From a virus (lineage: Duplodnaviria; Caudoviricetes): a stretch of DNA of 64,000 nucleotides. Below are positions 30,257 through 39,313 of this stretch, one piece after another. The stretch covers positions 128,001 to 192,000 of IMG/VR virus record IMGVR_UViG_3300033066_001295, one strand, 5' to 3'. The stretch's first letter is position 1. Each line of letters starts with the position of its first letter. The translations under genes were made by a program, and so were the position numbers. The notes beneath the pieces are model-generated. The model was not told the DNA's origin, ran no database searches, and worked only from the letters and a program-made list of their open reading frames with translations.

Positions 30257-30468
30257 AAAACTGAATCTGGGTCTTTCCAAGTAATCTCAAGGGTCCCATC
30301 TTCCAAAAACTTGCACTTGCAGTCAACGCTCAGCTTTCGCTGAGCGACTATTGGCATTGACACAATCTCAAGATCAAAGCTTGGAAGGTCTTCAGGTAGG
30401 ACCCCTTCAGGCACTACTGAGACTACAGCCGAAGCGGCAGCAGACTTGAAAAGTGTTCGTCTATCCAT
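30208..30468 (-). CDS. twin-arginine-leader small protein with gp23-like segment
   Basis: MDRRTLFK; LPSFDLEIVSMPIVAQRKL. Confidence 0.5.
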   Translation of the reverse strand: MDRRTLFKSAAASAVVSVVPEGVLPEDLPSFDLEIVSMPIVAQRKLSVDCKCKFLEDGTLEITWKDPDSVLDDQPDKRAGADSKSD

Positions 30469-30675
30469 GACGCCTTGCCTCCTCTCTTGTTACCTCTAGG
30501 AGAGGGCCATATCTAACGTGAACAGCCGTGTCAAATTCAGGCTCGTCAGAAATGCATGAAATAGTGAGAGCATCACTGCCATCACCACATGCTGCTACTT
30601 CAGAGCATTCAAATTTACCATTCCAGAATGATATGCTGAGAAACCCCCTATAGGGTTTCATAAATCTGTAATACC

Positions 30676-31116
30676 CTACTGGCATGATTCACAAGGACCA
30701 TCAACTGAACAGGAAGGTTGACCGAGTTTGGTGTCACCAAAGTCGAGGTCATCTTTCTGTGCAACTTCATCTGCTGCCTGCCATATTCTGGCTTTCACCT
30801 CTGTACGAGGCTCTATTTTGAACTCCCCATCAACACGAAGCGTGCGACGATCCTCTGAAATGAAGTTTGGGTCTGACAAGCTCTGCTGAATAGCCTCACA
30901 AAGAATCTCAACAACCTCATCATCAATGCTAAGACCATGACGCTGAAACACGGTATCAACAACGTCATTATTCCAACGAACTTTGATGGTACGGCCATCC
31001 ACAGCAATACCCCTCCTTAGCACGATGTCATCAGGCCCAAGTGGTGCATCTGGGAAGGTGATTGTGTGACCGGGAAATCGCTCCTGAACCTTTACCATAA
31101 AGTCTTGATCAGTCAT
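30676..31116 (-). CDS. small protein with gp23-like segment
   Basis: RTIKVRW..HGLSIDDEVVEILCEAI. Confidence 0.55.
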   Translation of the reverse strand: MTDQDFMVKVQERFPGHTITFPDAPLGPDDIVLRRGIAVDGRTIKVRWNNDVVDTVFQRHGLSIDDEVVEILCEAIQQSLSDPNFISEDRRTLRVDGEFKIEPRTEVKARIWQAADEVAQKDDLDFGDTKLGQPSCSVDGPCESCQ

Positions 31117-31138
31117 AACTCAAGCTAGGCTACATTTC

Positions 31139-31230
31139 TGGCGGGTCAAGGAGGACTTGCACCCCAAACCACTTTCGTGGCTCCAATTGCTTTCCAAGCA
31201 ACGCTGACTCGCTTGTTCAGTTCTTGACCC
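31139..31230 (-). tRNA. tRNA-Ser(GGA)
   Basis: Loop TTGGAAA, long V-arm. Confidence 0.9.
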
Positions 31231-31234
31231 AAAA

Positions 31235-31308
31235 TGGTGGAGAATAACGGTTCCGCCCCGTTGACTTCGCGTTGCAAGCGCAATGTGTTACTATTAGCAC
31301 CAATCCCC
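31235..31308 (-). tRNA. tRNA-Ala(TGC)
   Basis: G3:U70, loop CTTGCAA. Confidence 0.9.
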
Positions 31309-31449
31309 CTTAAAGCCGGTTCTCTCACACCGGAAAGTCACACAACTTTCGTCATCGCAAGAAATAGCTCGGTGCCTCCATCGAGGTCGTCACTACAACT
31401 GCTCCGGGACATGTGTCGTCTTTATCTGCATATCTCCCGATCTGCAAAA

Positions 31450-31524
31450 TGGCCGCTTGAACTGGTAACGCTCCAGTCTTCTCTCCTTTTCAGGGAGGCA
31501 CCCATCTATCTAGGTCATCAAGCG
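31450..31524 (-). tRNA. tRNA-Phe(GAA)
   Basis: Loop CTGAAAA, CCA. Confidence 0.8.
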
Positions 31525-31540
31525 AAAATGGTGGCTGTAA

Positions 31541-31614
31541 TGGAGGGCCATGTCGGTAACGCTCCGACTTAGTCTGCTTGGAAGGCAGTTGCACTACTTT
31601 TGTGCTAATGACCC
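31541..31614 (-). tRNA. tRNA-Gly(TCC)
   Basis: Loop CTTCCAA, U73. Confidence 0.85.
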
Positions 31615-32110
31615 ATAATTTGTTGTTGCTCTCTAGCTGCCCGCCTGTCGGCTGCCCGCTTATAGTCCAGACCACAACATCCTGATAAAATCAGAAGGAG
31701 CAAACAAAGACTTCTCCTCATATTACAAAGGACCGTTGGTTATCTCACCATAAAACTCGCCTGCGTACCCATTAATCGCAAACCGCTCTTCTGGCATGGA
31801 CTCGTCCAAAATTACACTCTTACTCTTGAACACTCGTTTGGCTGGGTCGTAATCTGGCAGTGTTTCCAAAATAGCAAACACTTCTGATCCAGCAGTAATT
31901 TCATCGCCCTCAAGTTGACTTAGCAAGGTTCCAAACGAGAGCTTATGCTCAAGAAATGAGATTCTAGGCCACAGATTTAGAGGCAATGTATGCTTATAGC
32001 CAACTGGCATAGGGGCGAATGGGGGTGTTTTGTCCCATCTCACTGTAACTGGAAGTGTGTCACACATGCCACACATGCCACATAAGCTAGTAACTATGTC
32101 AACAAAAAAG

Positions 32111-32266
32111 TCAGGGGAGGCTGGAATCGAACCAGCTACATGGTTACTCTCTTGAACCACCAGTACCATACCCATGCTGTCATGCTCTGGGTTACCGCAG
32201 ACTTAGCAGTGGTTTACGTTGCCACCCTGCGGGCCAAAGCAGCCTTTCCAATTGGATACTCCCCGA
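32111..32266 (-). ncRNA. tRNA-like RNA with multi-hairpin insert replacing the anticodon arm
   Basis: Acceptor CGGGGAG/CTCCCCT, D-loop AATTGG, T arm GCTGG-TTCGATT-CCAGC, ~95-nt structured centre. Confidence 0.6.
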
Positions 32267-32273
32267 TTTTGAA

Positions 32274-32347
32274 TGGTAGCCCGTGAGGGTGTTGCTCCCC
32301 CGATTTCTGGATGTAAACCAGACGTGATACTGTTTCACCAACAGGCC
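32274..32347 (-). tRNA. tRNA-Val(TAC)
   Basis: Loop TTTACAT, CCA. Confidence 0.85.
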
Positions 32348-32442
32348 ATTAAATTTGCTGTGCTGTAAGGTGACACAGACCCATGCACCACACAGAACCG
32401 TTGAGCCTCCTCCTCGTCTTCTCAACAGGCCAGTGCATGTTT

Positions 32443-32509
32443 TGGTACGGGAAGTGTGAGTTTCACACACTCCTCCACCGCAAGGTGGCGTTCGTCTAAA
32501 CTATCCCGC
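32443..32509 (-). ncRNA. shrunken tRNA-like RNA with 4-nt anticodon loop
   Basis: Acceptor plus ACCA, small D arm, CCACC-TTGC-GGTGG, T arm GTGTG-TGAAACT-CACAC. Confidence 0.6.
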
Positions 32510-32542
32510 AAATGTCACCACGCTCGGTTGCCCGACTTCTGA

Positions 32543-32616
32543 GCGACATATTGCTTTTACGCAACGTGGTGTGGTAGGCGACATATTGCTTTTACGCAAC
32601 GTGGTGTGGTAGGCGA
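32543..32616. repeat. 35-bp exact tandem duplication
   Basis: gcgacatattgcttttacgcaacgtggtgtggtag x2 plus gcga. Confidence 0.9.
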
Positions 32617-32681
32617 TGCAGGTGCTGCCCCTGCCACTTCCACAATGTCAATGTGGCTATCTACTGCTGATATAATCGCCC
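32607..32681 (-). tRNA. tRNA-Val(GAC)
   Basis: Loop TTGACAT, CCA. Confidence 0.85.
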
Positions 32682-32854
32682 ATAAATTGGTGACTGTCCC
32701 TCAACGAGACCTAGCAACCTCCACGGTTACCGTGCAAGCTTTCCCTCAGATGGCAAGCTAAGTTCGCGCGACCCGAGCAGGCTCTTCTGAGTTGATTGCA
32801 ACCAAGCCCGCCACCGTCGCAGCCGTCATCACTTGGTTCCGTACACTACAGTCA

Positions 32855-32929
32855 TGGTGGGTGTGGTTGGTAATGCTCCAACTACTTCTGCAATGTGAAT
32901 GCAGCACTCTACTTTTGAGTTACACACCC
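32855..32929 (-). tRNA. tRNA-Val(CAC)
   Basis: Loop TTCACAT, CCA. Confidence 0.85.
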
Positions 32930-33422
32930 TGATTACCCATGCCGAAGCACAGGGGTGAGTTGAATTAGCCTTTCGGCACGGGCACCTCACCAGCCCCCTA
33001 ACCGGCATTGAATGACGAAAGAATAACCACTGAATCGCCTGAACATGCAAGAACTTCGCAGTCCACATGCTGAGGGTCTTCCCGCACCTTTCCTTCGTCA
33101 CCATACTGCTCGTTAGCAAGTTTCCTTGCTTCCGATTCATTTTCTGCCCTCACAACCTTTGAGTCATAAGAGTCATAACCGACATAGCCCTTTACTGAGA
33201 GTAAGTAGAATTGTTTCATAGTTGTGACCCAACTACTCACTACAGGCAAAGGATGGTCGTGATGGGCGACCCAAGCTTGTATTTAACTCCCACAGACCCG
33301 AAGGCCACAAGCCAGAACTTGTACAACGTGGAGGATTTCTTCGTCCTATCTACCCACAAGATAGCCCTAACGGGCGAATTGGACAGCCTACCTCAAGGAT
33401 AGGCGCGAACATTCACGTTGAC

Positions 33423-33506
33423 TGGTGCGCAGTGTGGGTAACGCTCCCACTTGGCCGAAACGACGGGTTTACAGTCCGCCCCACATCTTTAGTGGTCTAA
33501 CTGCGC
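33423..33506 (-). tRNA. tRNA-Tyr(GTA)
   Basis: Loop CTGTAAA, V-arm, CCA. Confidence 0.85.
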
Positions 33507-33777
33507 ATAAATTTTTACTGAGATACTTTCCCACTAACATACCTTCTTGTATGCTCCGGGCTTGGTGCCAAGACGACGGCAGAACATCATCACCACATCC
33601 TCTTCAAGCTTTTCTACCTCCTCTGTCTGACCTGTTTTGTTGATGTAGTCAGTTATCACCTCCATGTTTACATCAACTGTCAGCACACGGCGAAGAACAA
33701 AGTTCTTGTCACTAACTGAGTCTGAAGTAACCACTACAGCTACTTCGTCTCCGAGCTTTATCTCGTCTTTTATCATA

Positions 33778-33851
33778 TGGCATGTCCTGTAGGATTCGCA
33801 CCCACGCAAGAAGTTTTGGAGGCTTCCGTGCTACTGTTACACCAAGGACAT
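33778..33851 (-). tRNA. tRNA-Trp(CCA)
   Basis: Loop CTCCAAA, G73. Confidence 0.9.
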
Positions 33852-33858
33852 AAAAAAT

Positions 33859-34257
33859 TCACAATCGAAAACTATCAAAGTGACCACCTGCCACGTTAAC
33901 GTCACGACCGCACTGGCGAATGTACTCCAGAGCTTGACCCATGTCCAGCTTGATTTGCTTGCTTACAAGGTAGAGAGCAACGACATAGACAGACCGTGAA
34001 CGGCCTTCGTGGCAATGAACCAGCACCTTGGCACCCGGATCAGCACAGATGGCATCGAGAATGTTCAATGCTGCTGCATAAAGGGCTGGATGGTTTGCAC
34101 CGTCCACCATGCCAACATGAAAGTGGTTCACCCTGTGTGCCCATCCAACTCTCTGGTCTAGGTCATGGGCACAGTTGAGGATATGAGTGATCCCGTCTTG
34201 TGGTTGTGAAGCATCACGACTGTTACCGATCCATATTTGTGGCGTGATCTGGTTCAT
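33859..34257 (-). CDS. dual-specificity (Cys-based) phosphatase
   Basis: IWIGN, ITHILNCA, VLVHCHEGRSRS (HCx5R). Confidence 0.9.
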   Translation of the reverse strand: MNQITPQIWIGNSRDASQPQDGITHILNCAHDLDQRVGWAHRVNHFHVGMVDGANHPALYAAALNILDAICADPGAKVLVHCHEGRSRSVYVVALYLVSKQIKLDMGQALEYIRQCGRDVNVAGGHFDSFRL

Positions 34258-34366
34258 TGAAAGGGTGCATGTTGAGGGTTCTCACCTCTTTACAAGCTCA
34301 CATGCGGAGAGCTTACGGCTGTCACATCACATAATGATGATCTGGCTGTAACAGTGTTACCTGTCG

Positions 34367-34441
34367 TGGTACCCTTATCAGGAGTCGCACCTGAACTTAG
34401 ACTTTAGGAGAATCCCGTGCGGTCTATTACACTATAAGGGC
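34367..34441 (-). tRNA. tRNA-Arg(CCT)
   Basis: Loop CTCCTAA. Confidence 0.85.
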
Positions 34442-34447
34442 ATTAAC

Positions 34448-34523
34448 TGGCACTCGTGACAAGAGTTGCACTTGTACCTTACTCCTTAGAAGGGAGCCAT
34501 GCTGTCTATTACACCACACGAGC
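34448..34523 (-). tRNA. tRNA-Arg(TCT)
   Basis: Loop CTTCTAA. Confidence 0.85.
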
Positions 34524-34578
34524 TTAACTGAGATCAGGGTGCAACTCAATGAAAACTTTGCACCCTGTATCTATTTGT

Positions 34579-35013
34579 ATGAGAGAAAAAATTTTGGAAC
34601 TAAAAAAGCAAAACCCGGTATGGGGCTACAAGCGTATTGCAAAAAAATTAGGCTGTAGCCACAATACAGTAAAGTACCACCTTCTGACGACTGTCAGAAA
34701 AACCTACGCTACTAGGCAACAAGAAAGACGTGCTATGGTGATGATGTCACTGAAAATGCTGCACGGTGGCTGCTGTGTAAAATGTGGTTACAGCAAAGCC
34801 ATTACAGCCCTTCAGTTCCATCACAGAGACCCAAGTACAAAAGTTAAAATGGTATCACAGCTTATCCGTGAACACAATTTTACTGCTGCCCAAGAAGAAG
34901 CTGATAAGTGTGACCTTCTGTGTGCTAACTGCCATTTTGAGGTTCATGAGCAAGCCGACAAAACCTACATAAAATGGGCACAGCCTAGTCTGTTCGAGCC
35001 ACAGGAGCATTAA
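34579..35013 (+). CDS. HTH-HNH endonuclease
   Basis: GYKRIAKKLG HTH; CVKCGY..ALQFHHRDP..KCDLLCANCH. Confidence 0.85.
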   Translation: MREKILELKKQNPVWGYKRIAKKLGCSHNTVKYHLLTTVRKTYATRQQERRAMVMMSLKMLHGGCCVKCGYSKAITALQFHHRDPSTKVKMVSQLIREHNFTAAQEEADKCDLLCANCHFEVHEQADKTYIKWAQPSLFEPQEH

Positions 35014-35485
35014 TTTTTTCGTTGTGCCGTCGAACGGCTTCATCAAGGGTCTCACCCGGCTTCATGTCAATGTCGGGCATGTACCACACATTAGGAAAGT
35101 TTCCTCTTTTCTCAGGAGGTATGAGCACCCAGTCTATCTTCTTGTTGGGTGCCTCGTTCATAAAGCCAGAGACTTCACTTTAAGGCCAGTGTAAGGTGGT
35201 GGTTTCCTACCAATATACACCTTGTTACCTGATATGATGTCCTCAAGAAAAGCATCTTCACTTATGAAGGTGATCTGCTTCGTAATCTGGGGAACACCAT
35301 CCACCTCCACGTTAGGGAGAGATTTGACAGCTTTAGTGAGAAGCCTCTTGTTCATTTGTCAGCAGGAAGACTCAGAATGGCCTTCATGTCAATGAAGCTC
35401 TGCCTCTCGGTGAGCTTCTCAACCTTGCAGTTTTTGTGAGTGCATCCAAGGGGGGCACTGACACAGAAGAGGAGCAGGAAGAATT

Positions 35486-35908
35486 TCATGTGAGACCTTT
35501 CTTGATTGAAGCTGAAATTGCCTTCAGGAGTGGAACAAGCTCGTGCTTGTCGAGGTTATCCTTCACCACGTTGGCGTAGGAAGCATTGTACAAAGCTGTC
35601 ACTATGTCGATAACGGCCAGTGCCTCAGCAGATGAAGGCAGGTCCAGTTTCACGGATGAAAGTGCTTCAGTGAAGGCTTTTGGGTCAAAGTCCTTGCCGT
35701 CAGCAAAGGTGTCGATGGTGAGGGCGATGTCCCTCAAGTACTTGGTGGCAGCAGGCTGCTTTGAAACACCAATGCGAACCGCTGAAGGCACCGTGGCGTT
35801 CACCACTGTAACCGCCCTGACAGGATCAAAAGCTTTCTTGCCCTCCGGTGTGGTTGTGCATTGAACGAGGGTGACGGCAACAACTAGCGAAGTGAAAATT
35901 GATTTCAT
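35486..35908 (-). CDS. putative lipoprotein
   Basis: Signal peptide ending LVQC. Confidence 0.6.
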   Translation of the reverse strand: MKSIFTSLVVAVTLVQCTTTPEGKKAFDPVRAVTVVNATVPSAVRIGVSKQPAATKYLRDIALTIDTFADGKDFDPKAFTEALSSVKLDLPSSAEALAVIDIVTALYNASYANVVKDNLDKHELVPLLKAISASIKKGLT

Positions 35909-35970
35909 GTGGAAATGCTAGCTGATGATATTGAGGATGTCAAGGATTAACGAATCGCACCAATATAGAA

Positions 35971-36045
35971 TGGTATCCGTAACAGGAGTCGCACCTGTGT
36001 CTCAGCCTTCGCAAAGCTGAATTCTATCTACTGAACTATACGGAC
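35971..36045 (-). tRNA. tRNA-Arg(GCG)
   Basis: Loop TTGCGAA, CCA. Confidence 0.85.
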
Positions 36046-36095
36046 ATTAAAAAACCGGCCAAAATTGTGCATCATAGAGAGGCATGGTAGGTAAA

Positions 36096-36172
36096 TGGTT
36101 GCGGGAGTTGGATTTGCACCAACGCATACCAGCTTATGAGGCTGGTGACTTAAACTGCTTGTCGATCCCGCA
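36096..36172 (-). tRNA. tRNA-Met(CAT), fMet-like acceptor
   Basis: TGCGGGA/TCCCGCA-ACCA; loop CTCATAA. Confidence 0.8.
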
Positions 36173-36178
36173 ATGAAA

Positions 36179-36254
36179 TGGTGCTCCAAGAGAGACTTGC
36201 ACTCTCGTTGCCCAGATTAAGAGTCTGGTGTAATAGCTTCTATACGATTGGAGC
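36179..36254 (-). tRNA. tRNA-Lys(CTT)
   Basis: Loop CTCTTAA. Confidence 0.9.
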
Positions 36255-36258
36255 TTTG

Positions 36259-36333
36259 TGGCTCCCCATTTTGGACTCGCACCAAACTCACACAGCTTAA
36301 CAGGCTGGCCGCACACTCGGTGCGTTACGGGGA
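36259..36333 (-). tRNA. tRNA-Asn(GTT)
   Basis: Loop CTGTTAA, G73. Confidence 0.85.
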
Positions 36334-36381
36334 ATAAACGGTTAAAATTGTATTTTAGTTCTTAACCGACTACATATTTGT

Positions 36382-36897
36382 ATGACTAAAAAATGTTGTA
36401 GGTGTAAGATTGAGAAATCAGTTACTGATTTTGGCAAAATGTCTTCTGCCAAAGATGGTCTTCAAAGTAGGTGTAAGCCTTGTAATAGGGCTGTTGCTCT
36501 GGACTACTCAAGAAAATTCAAGGAGCGGAGCTACACTAACACAAAAGAACGGAAGAAGCGGATTACCACAGCTATATCAGAGGTGAAGCGACGTGCTGGA
36601 TGTGCTCTATGCACAGAAAGTGACCCTGTATGCTTGGTATTCCACCACCTTGACCCAACTCAAAAGGAGCTTCAGGTAAATGGTGCAACAAACCCATCTG
36701 TCCAAAGAATAACCCTAGAGGCAGTCAAATGTGAGGTAGTTTGCTGCAATTGTCACCGCAAGGTCCACTTTGGGAACATGGTCATAGACTCAAGGCGTGA
36801 TATAGACTTGTCCCCTATAGAGATGTTAGTGCCTAGAAAGGGACGAACAAAAAGGATGGTCCCTCCTGACGGTAACGCTCCGTCTTCTGCGAGTTAA
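36382..36897 (+). CDS. HNH endonuclease
   Basis: KKCCRCKIEK..DGLQSRCKPC; FHHLDP..KCEVVCCNCHRKVH. Confidence 0.85.
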   Translation: MTKKCCRCKIEKSVTDFGKMSSAKDGLQSRCKPCNRAVALDYSRKFKERSYTNTKERKKRITTAISEVKRRAGCALCTESDPVCLVFHHLDPTQKELQVNGATNPSVQRITLEAVKCEVVCCNCHRKVHFGNMVIDSRRDIDLSPIEMLVPRKGRTKRMVPPDGNAPSSAS

Positions 36898-36931
36898 AAG
36901 CTCGCTGCTATCACTAAAAAGCTTAGGAGGG
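36857..36931 (-). tRNA. tRNA-Lys(TTT)
   Basis: Loop CTTTTAA. Confidence 0.85.
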
Positions 36932-37066
36932 GAAAATTTGAGTAGAAGCATCCGGCACAGTTGATCAGCTTCTCTTGACAGTCCGGTGCCCGGTGATCAT
37001 CTGTCATCTCTGTCTGGTTGTCAGACATGCCTGACTTGCTACAATTGCAAAACAGTATGTATTGAC

Positions 37067-37666
37067 ATGAATATAGAACTAACTCAATTGACACAAGCAG
37101 TAAGCAATTCAGTGTCCTTGTCGAGTGCGCTGAAACTGCTCAAAAAGCCTGTAAACGGTAGTTACATGAAGAAACTCAAGAACCTCATCGAAGAGGCTAA
37201 CCTTGACACAGGCCATTTTACTGAACTAGGAGTAAAAAAGGTCCGCCCAAAGGAGTACAGGAAGTGCAAGCACTGCAATTCAGAGTTCTTGGTGAAATCT
37301 GACAACCTAGACAAACAGTGCTGCTCATATTCCTGCTCAAACAAATCAAAGCTAAGAGGACTAGCTGGTGTCAAAACCACCTATCGGTCTATCTGCTTTG
37401 AGCATCACCAGCACAAGTGCTGTGTCTGCCCAGAGACTAATGTTGTAGCTGTCCATCACATGGACGGTAACCACAAAAACAACACCCCCTCTAACTTAGT
37501 GCCCTTGTGCCCAACTCATCACACCTATGTTCACAGTAAAAAACTGAAACACTTGGTAGATGGCACAATCAAGGACTACTTAACCAAATGGTCGGCTATG
37601 CCGGACTTGCACCGTGACTCAACGCCCCAAACGTCGCGTGTTACTATTACACCACATAACCGATAA
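37067..37666 (+). CDS. HNH endonuclease
   Basis: VHHMDGNHKNNTPSNLVPLCPTHH. Confidence 0.85.
   Translation: MNIELTQLTQAVSNSVSLSSALKLLKKPVNGSYMKKLKNLIEEANLDTGHFTELGVKKVRPKEYRKCKHCNSEFLVKSDNLDKQCCSYSCSNKSKLRGLAGVKTTYRSICFEHHQHKCCVCPETNVVAVHHMDGNHKNNTPSNLVPLCPTHHTYVHSKKLKHLVDGTIKDYLTKWSAMPDLHRDSTPQTSRVTITPHNR
37589..37662 (-). tRNA. tRNA-Pro(TGG)
   Basis: Loop TTTGGGG, CCA. Confidence 0.85.
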
Positions 37667-37945
37667 AATGTGTGAAGGGCCGGGCTTTCACCGACACATG
37701 ATTTCTAAGAGTTGCAACTCCAATCACGGCGATAAGAGCGTCCCCTCATCGTGCATCTGCTGCCGCCTTCGCTGGAACCCTTGATAGGGCATAAAATTTC
37801 AGCAGGCTGCATGTCAAAGGAACCGTACAAATAGGCGAACCTTTGACCCTACACTTACAACACCCTCATGAAGGCAAAAGTAAGCATATAAAGGTACTGT
37901 CGTCCCATGGTCTGTAATCACTTGCAGCTACATATCTTCTGCTGA

Positions 37946-38019
37946 TGGCATCCCCGACTGGACTCGCACCAGCTTTTCCTGTTTGAGAGACAGGGTTCCT
38001 ACTCATAGAAGACAGGGAC
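37946..38019 (-). tRNA. tRNA-Glu(CTC)
   Basis: Loop CTCTCAA. Confidence 0.85.
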
Positions 38020-38141
38020 ATTGAAAAGGAAGCCCTTGAGTGAAGTCGAATCACCCACCTACCAGCTTTACACTTTCGATCCTTGGCACAAGGTTCACTG
38101 TGTAAGGTGCCTCTGGCAGGCTACCACAAAGGGCATAAAAT

Positions 38142-38218
38142 TGGCAACCGTGTTGGGAGTCCCACCCAATACATGTCTGGTTGAAAGCCAGACCTCTCCA
38201 GTCTTTGAATTCACGGTC
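38142..38218 (-). tRNA. tRNA-Glu(TTC), divergent D arm
   Basis: Loop CTTTCAA, CCA. Confidence 0.7.
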
Positions 38219-38226
38219 ATTGAAAT

Positions 38227-38301
38227 TGGCACTCCATGCGAGGCTCGCACTCACTTTGCCGCCTTGAAAGGGCGGAATCCTAACTCATAGATGAATGGAG
38301 T
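38227..38301 (-). tRNA. tRNA-Glu(TTC)
   Basis: Loop CTTTCAA. Confidence 0.85.
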
Positions 38302-38648
38302 ATTGAAATTTTACATGGCTGATCCCGTGGCTCTAGCAAGTTTCCCCGCCAGAGTTTTCGGCCTAGTTCTCCAGTTATTCCCCTGCTTGGGAGACTCCAC
38401 GGAGTGCAGGGCTAGATGTCCAAATGTCAGCCTACTTGTTGGACCCACGGGATCAACCATGCATTGAAATTTTGTCATTCAGGCGGGTGCCACATTGTGG
38501 GCACGGAATAGTTCCCCACACTCCGGCTGAAACTTCTTCAAGATGGCAGTTTGGCACTTCAATAACAAAGCCACACTGACATGCCACCTTAGTAGCTGCA
38601 CCAATGGCATAGTCAATGTCAGGTGACATGCTTAAAATTGCTTTCATA

Positions 38649-38721
38649 TGGTAGCAGGACGTGGAGTCTCACCACGATGAACAAGCTTATGAGGCTCGTT
38701 GGGTTAATCAACCTTCCTGCC
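38649..38721 (-). tRNA. tRNA-Met(CAT)
   Basis: Loop CTCATAA, short D arm. Confidence 0.75.
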
Positions 38722-38722
38722 G

Positions 38723-38784
38723 TGGTGGAGGTGACAACAACACTAAAAGGACTCTCACCTTTCAGTTATCACGTTGCCACCCCC
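38723..38784 (-). ncRNA. extended Ala-type minihelix RNA
   Basis: GGGGGTG.../...CACCTCC-A-CCA with G3:U70 and A73, capped by a T-like loop. Confidence 0.55.
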
Positions 38785-38837
38785 ATAAAATGCCTAGCCG
38801 CCTGTAAAGGCAACAGCCCGGTAAAGGGTTTTCGGCT

Positions 38838-38914
38838 TGGTGCTCACAGAGGGAGTTGCACCCTCACTGCCATGGTCCTTAGCCATGTGCCTCCTGCTGT
38901 TGGGCTATGTGAGC
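38838..38914 (-). tRNA. tRNA-Leu(AAG), short V-loop
   Basis: Loop CTAAGGA, A73. Confidence 0.8.
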
Positions 38915-38991
38915 AATTGAAAGCAGAGCGGCAACCAGAAGCTCCTGTTTACACATGAGCTAGTTTAGCGTTTAGGTTGCTGCCCTGCAAA

Positions 38992-39067
38992 TGGAGCCTC
39001 GCTGAGGACTTGCACCCCACGTATCCTGCTTACAAAACAGGTGCATCGCTGTCTATGCTTCCGAGGC
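38992..39067 (-). tRNA. tRNA-Thr(TGT)
   Basis: Loop TTTGTAA. Confidence 0.9.
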
Positions 39068-39073
39068 AAAAAT

Positions 39074-39158
39074 TGGTCGGCTTGGAGGGACTTGCACCCT
39101 CAAGAACTGATGATTTTGAGTCAACCGCTTCTGCTATTTCGCTTTCGTTCACAAGCCG
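39074..39158 (-). tRNA. tRNA-Leu(CAA), atypical D region
   Basis: Loop CTCAAAA, CCA. Confidence 0.75.
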
Positions 39159-39222
39159 TAAAAGCTCCGGGTCACCAGTTAATTCTGATCACTATGCATC
39201 GCGCGTTTTACCGCGACCCGAT

Positions 39223-39306
39223 TGGTAGGCGTGGCGAGACTTGCACTCGCATGAATTTCTTCGCTGGTTCCTAAAACCAGTGCGGCTGCTATTACGCCAC
39301 ACGCCC
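39223..39306 (-). tRNA. tRNA-Leu(TAG)
   Basis: Loop TTTAGGA, V-arm. Confidence 0.9.
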
Positions 39307-39313
39307 ATAAAAA

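Noticed and set aside
32111-32266. tRNA with a group I intron
   Set aside because: The ~95-nt insert is too short and no P7 core is recognisable.
32543-32616. CRISPR array
   Set aside because: Two adjacent identical units with no spacer; no cas genes seen.
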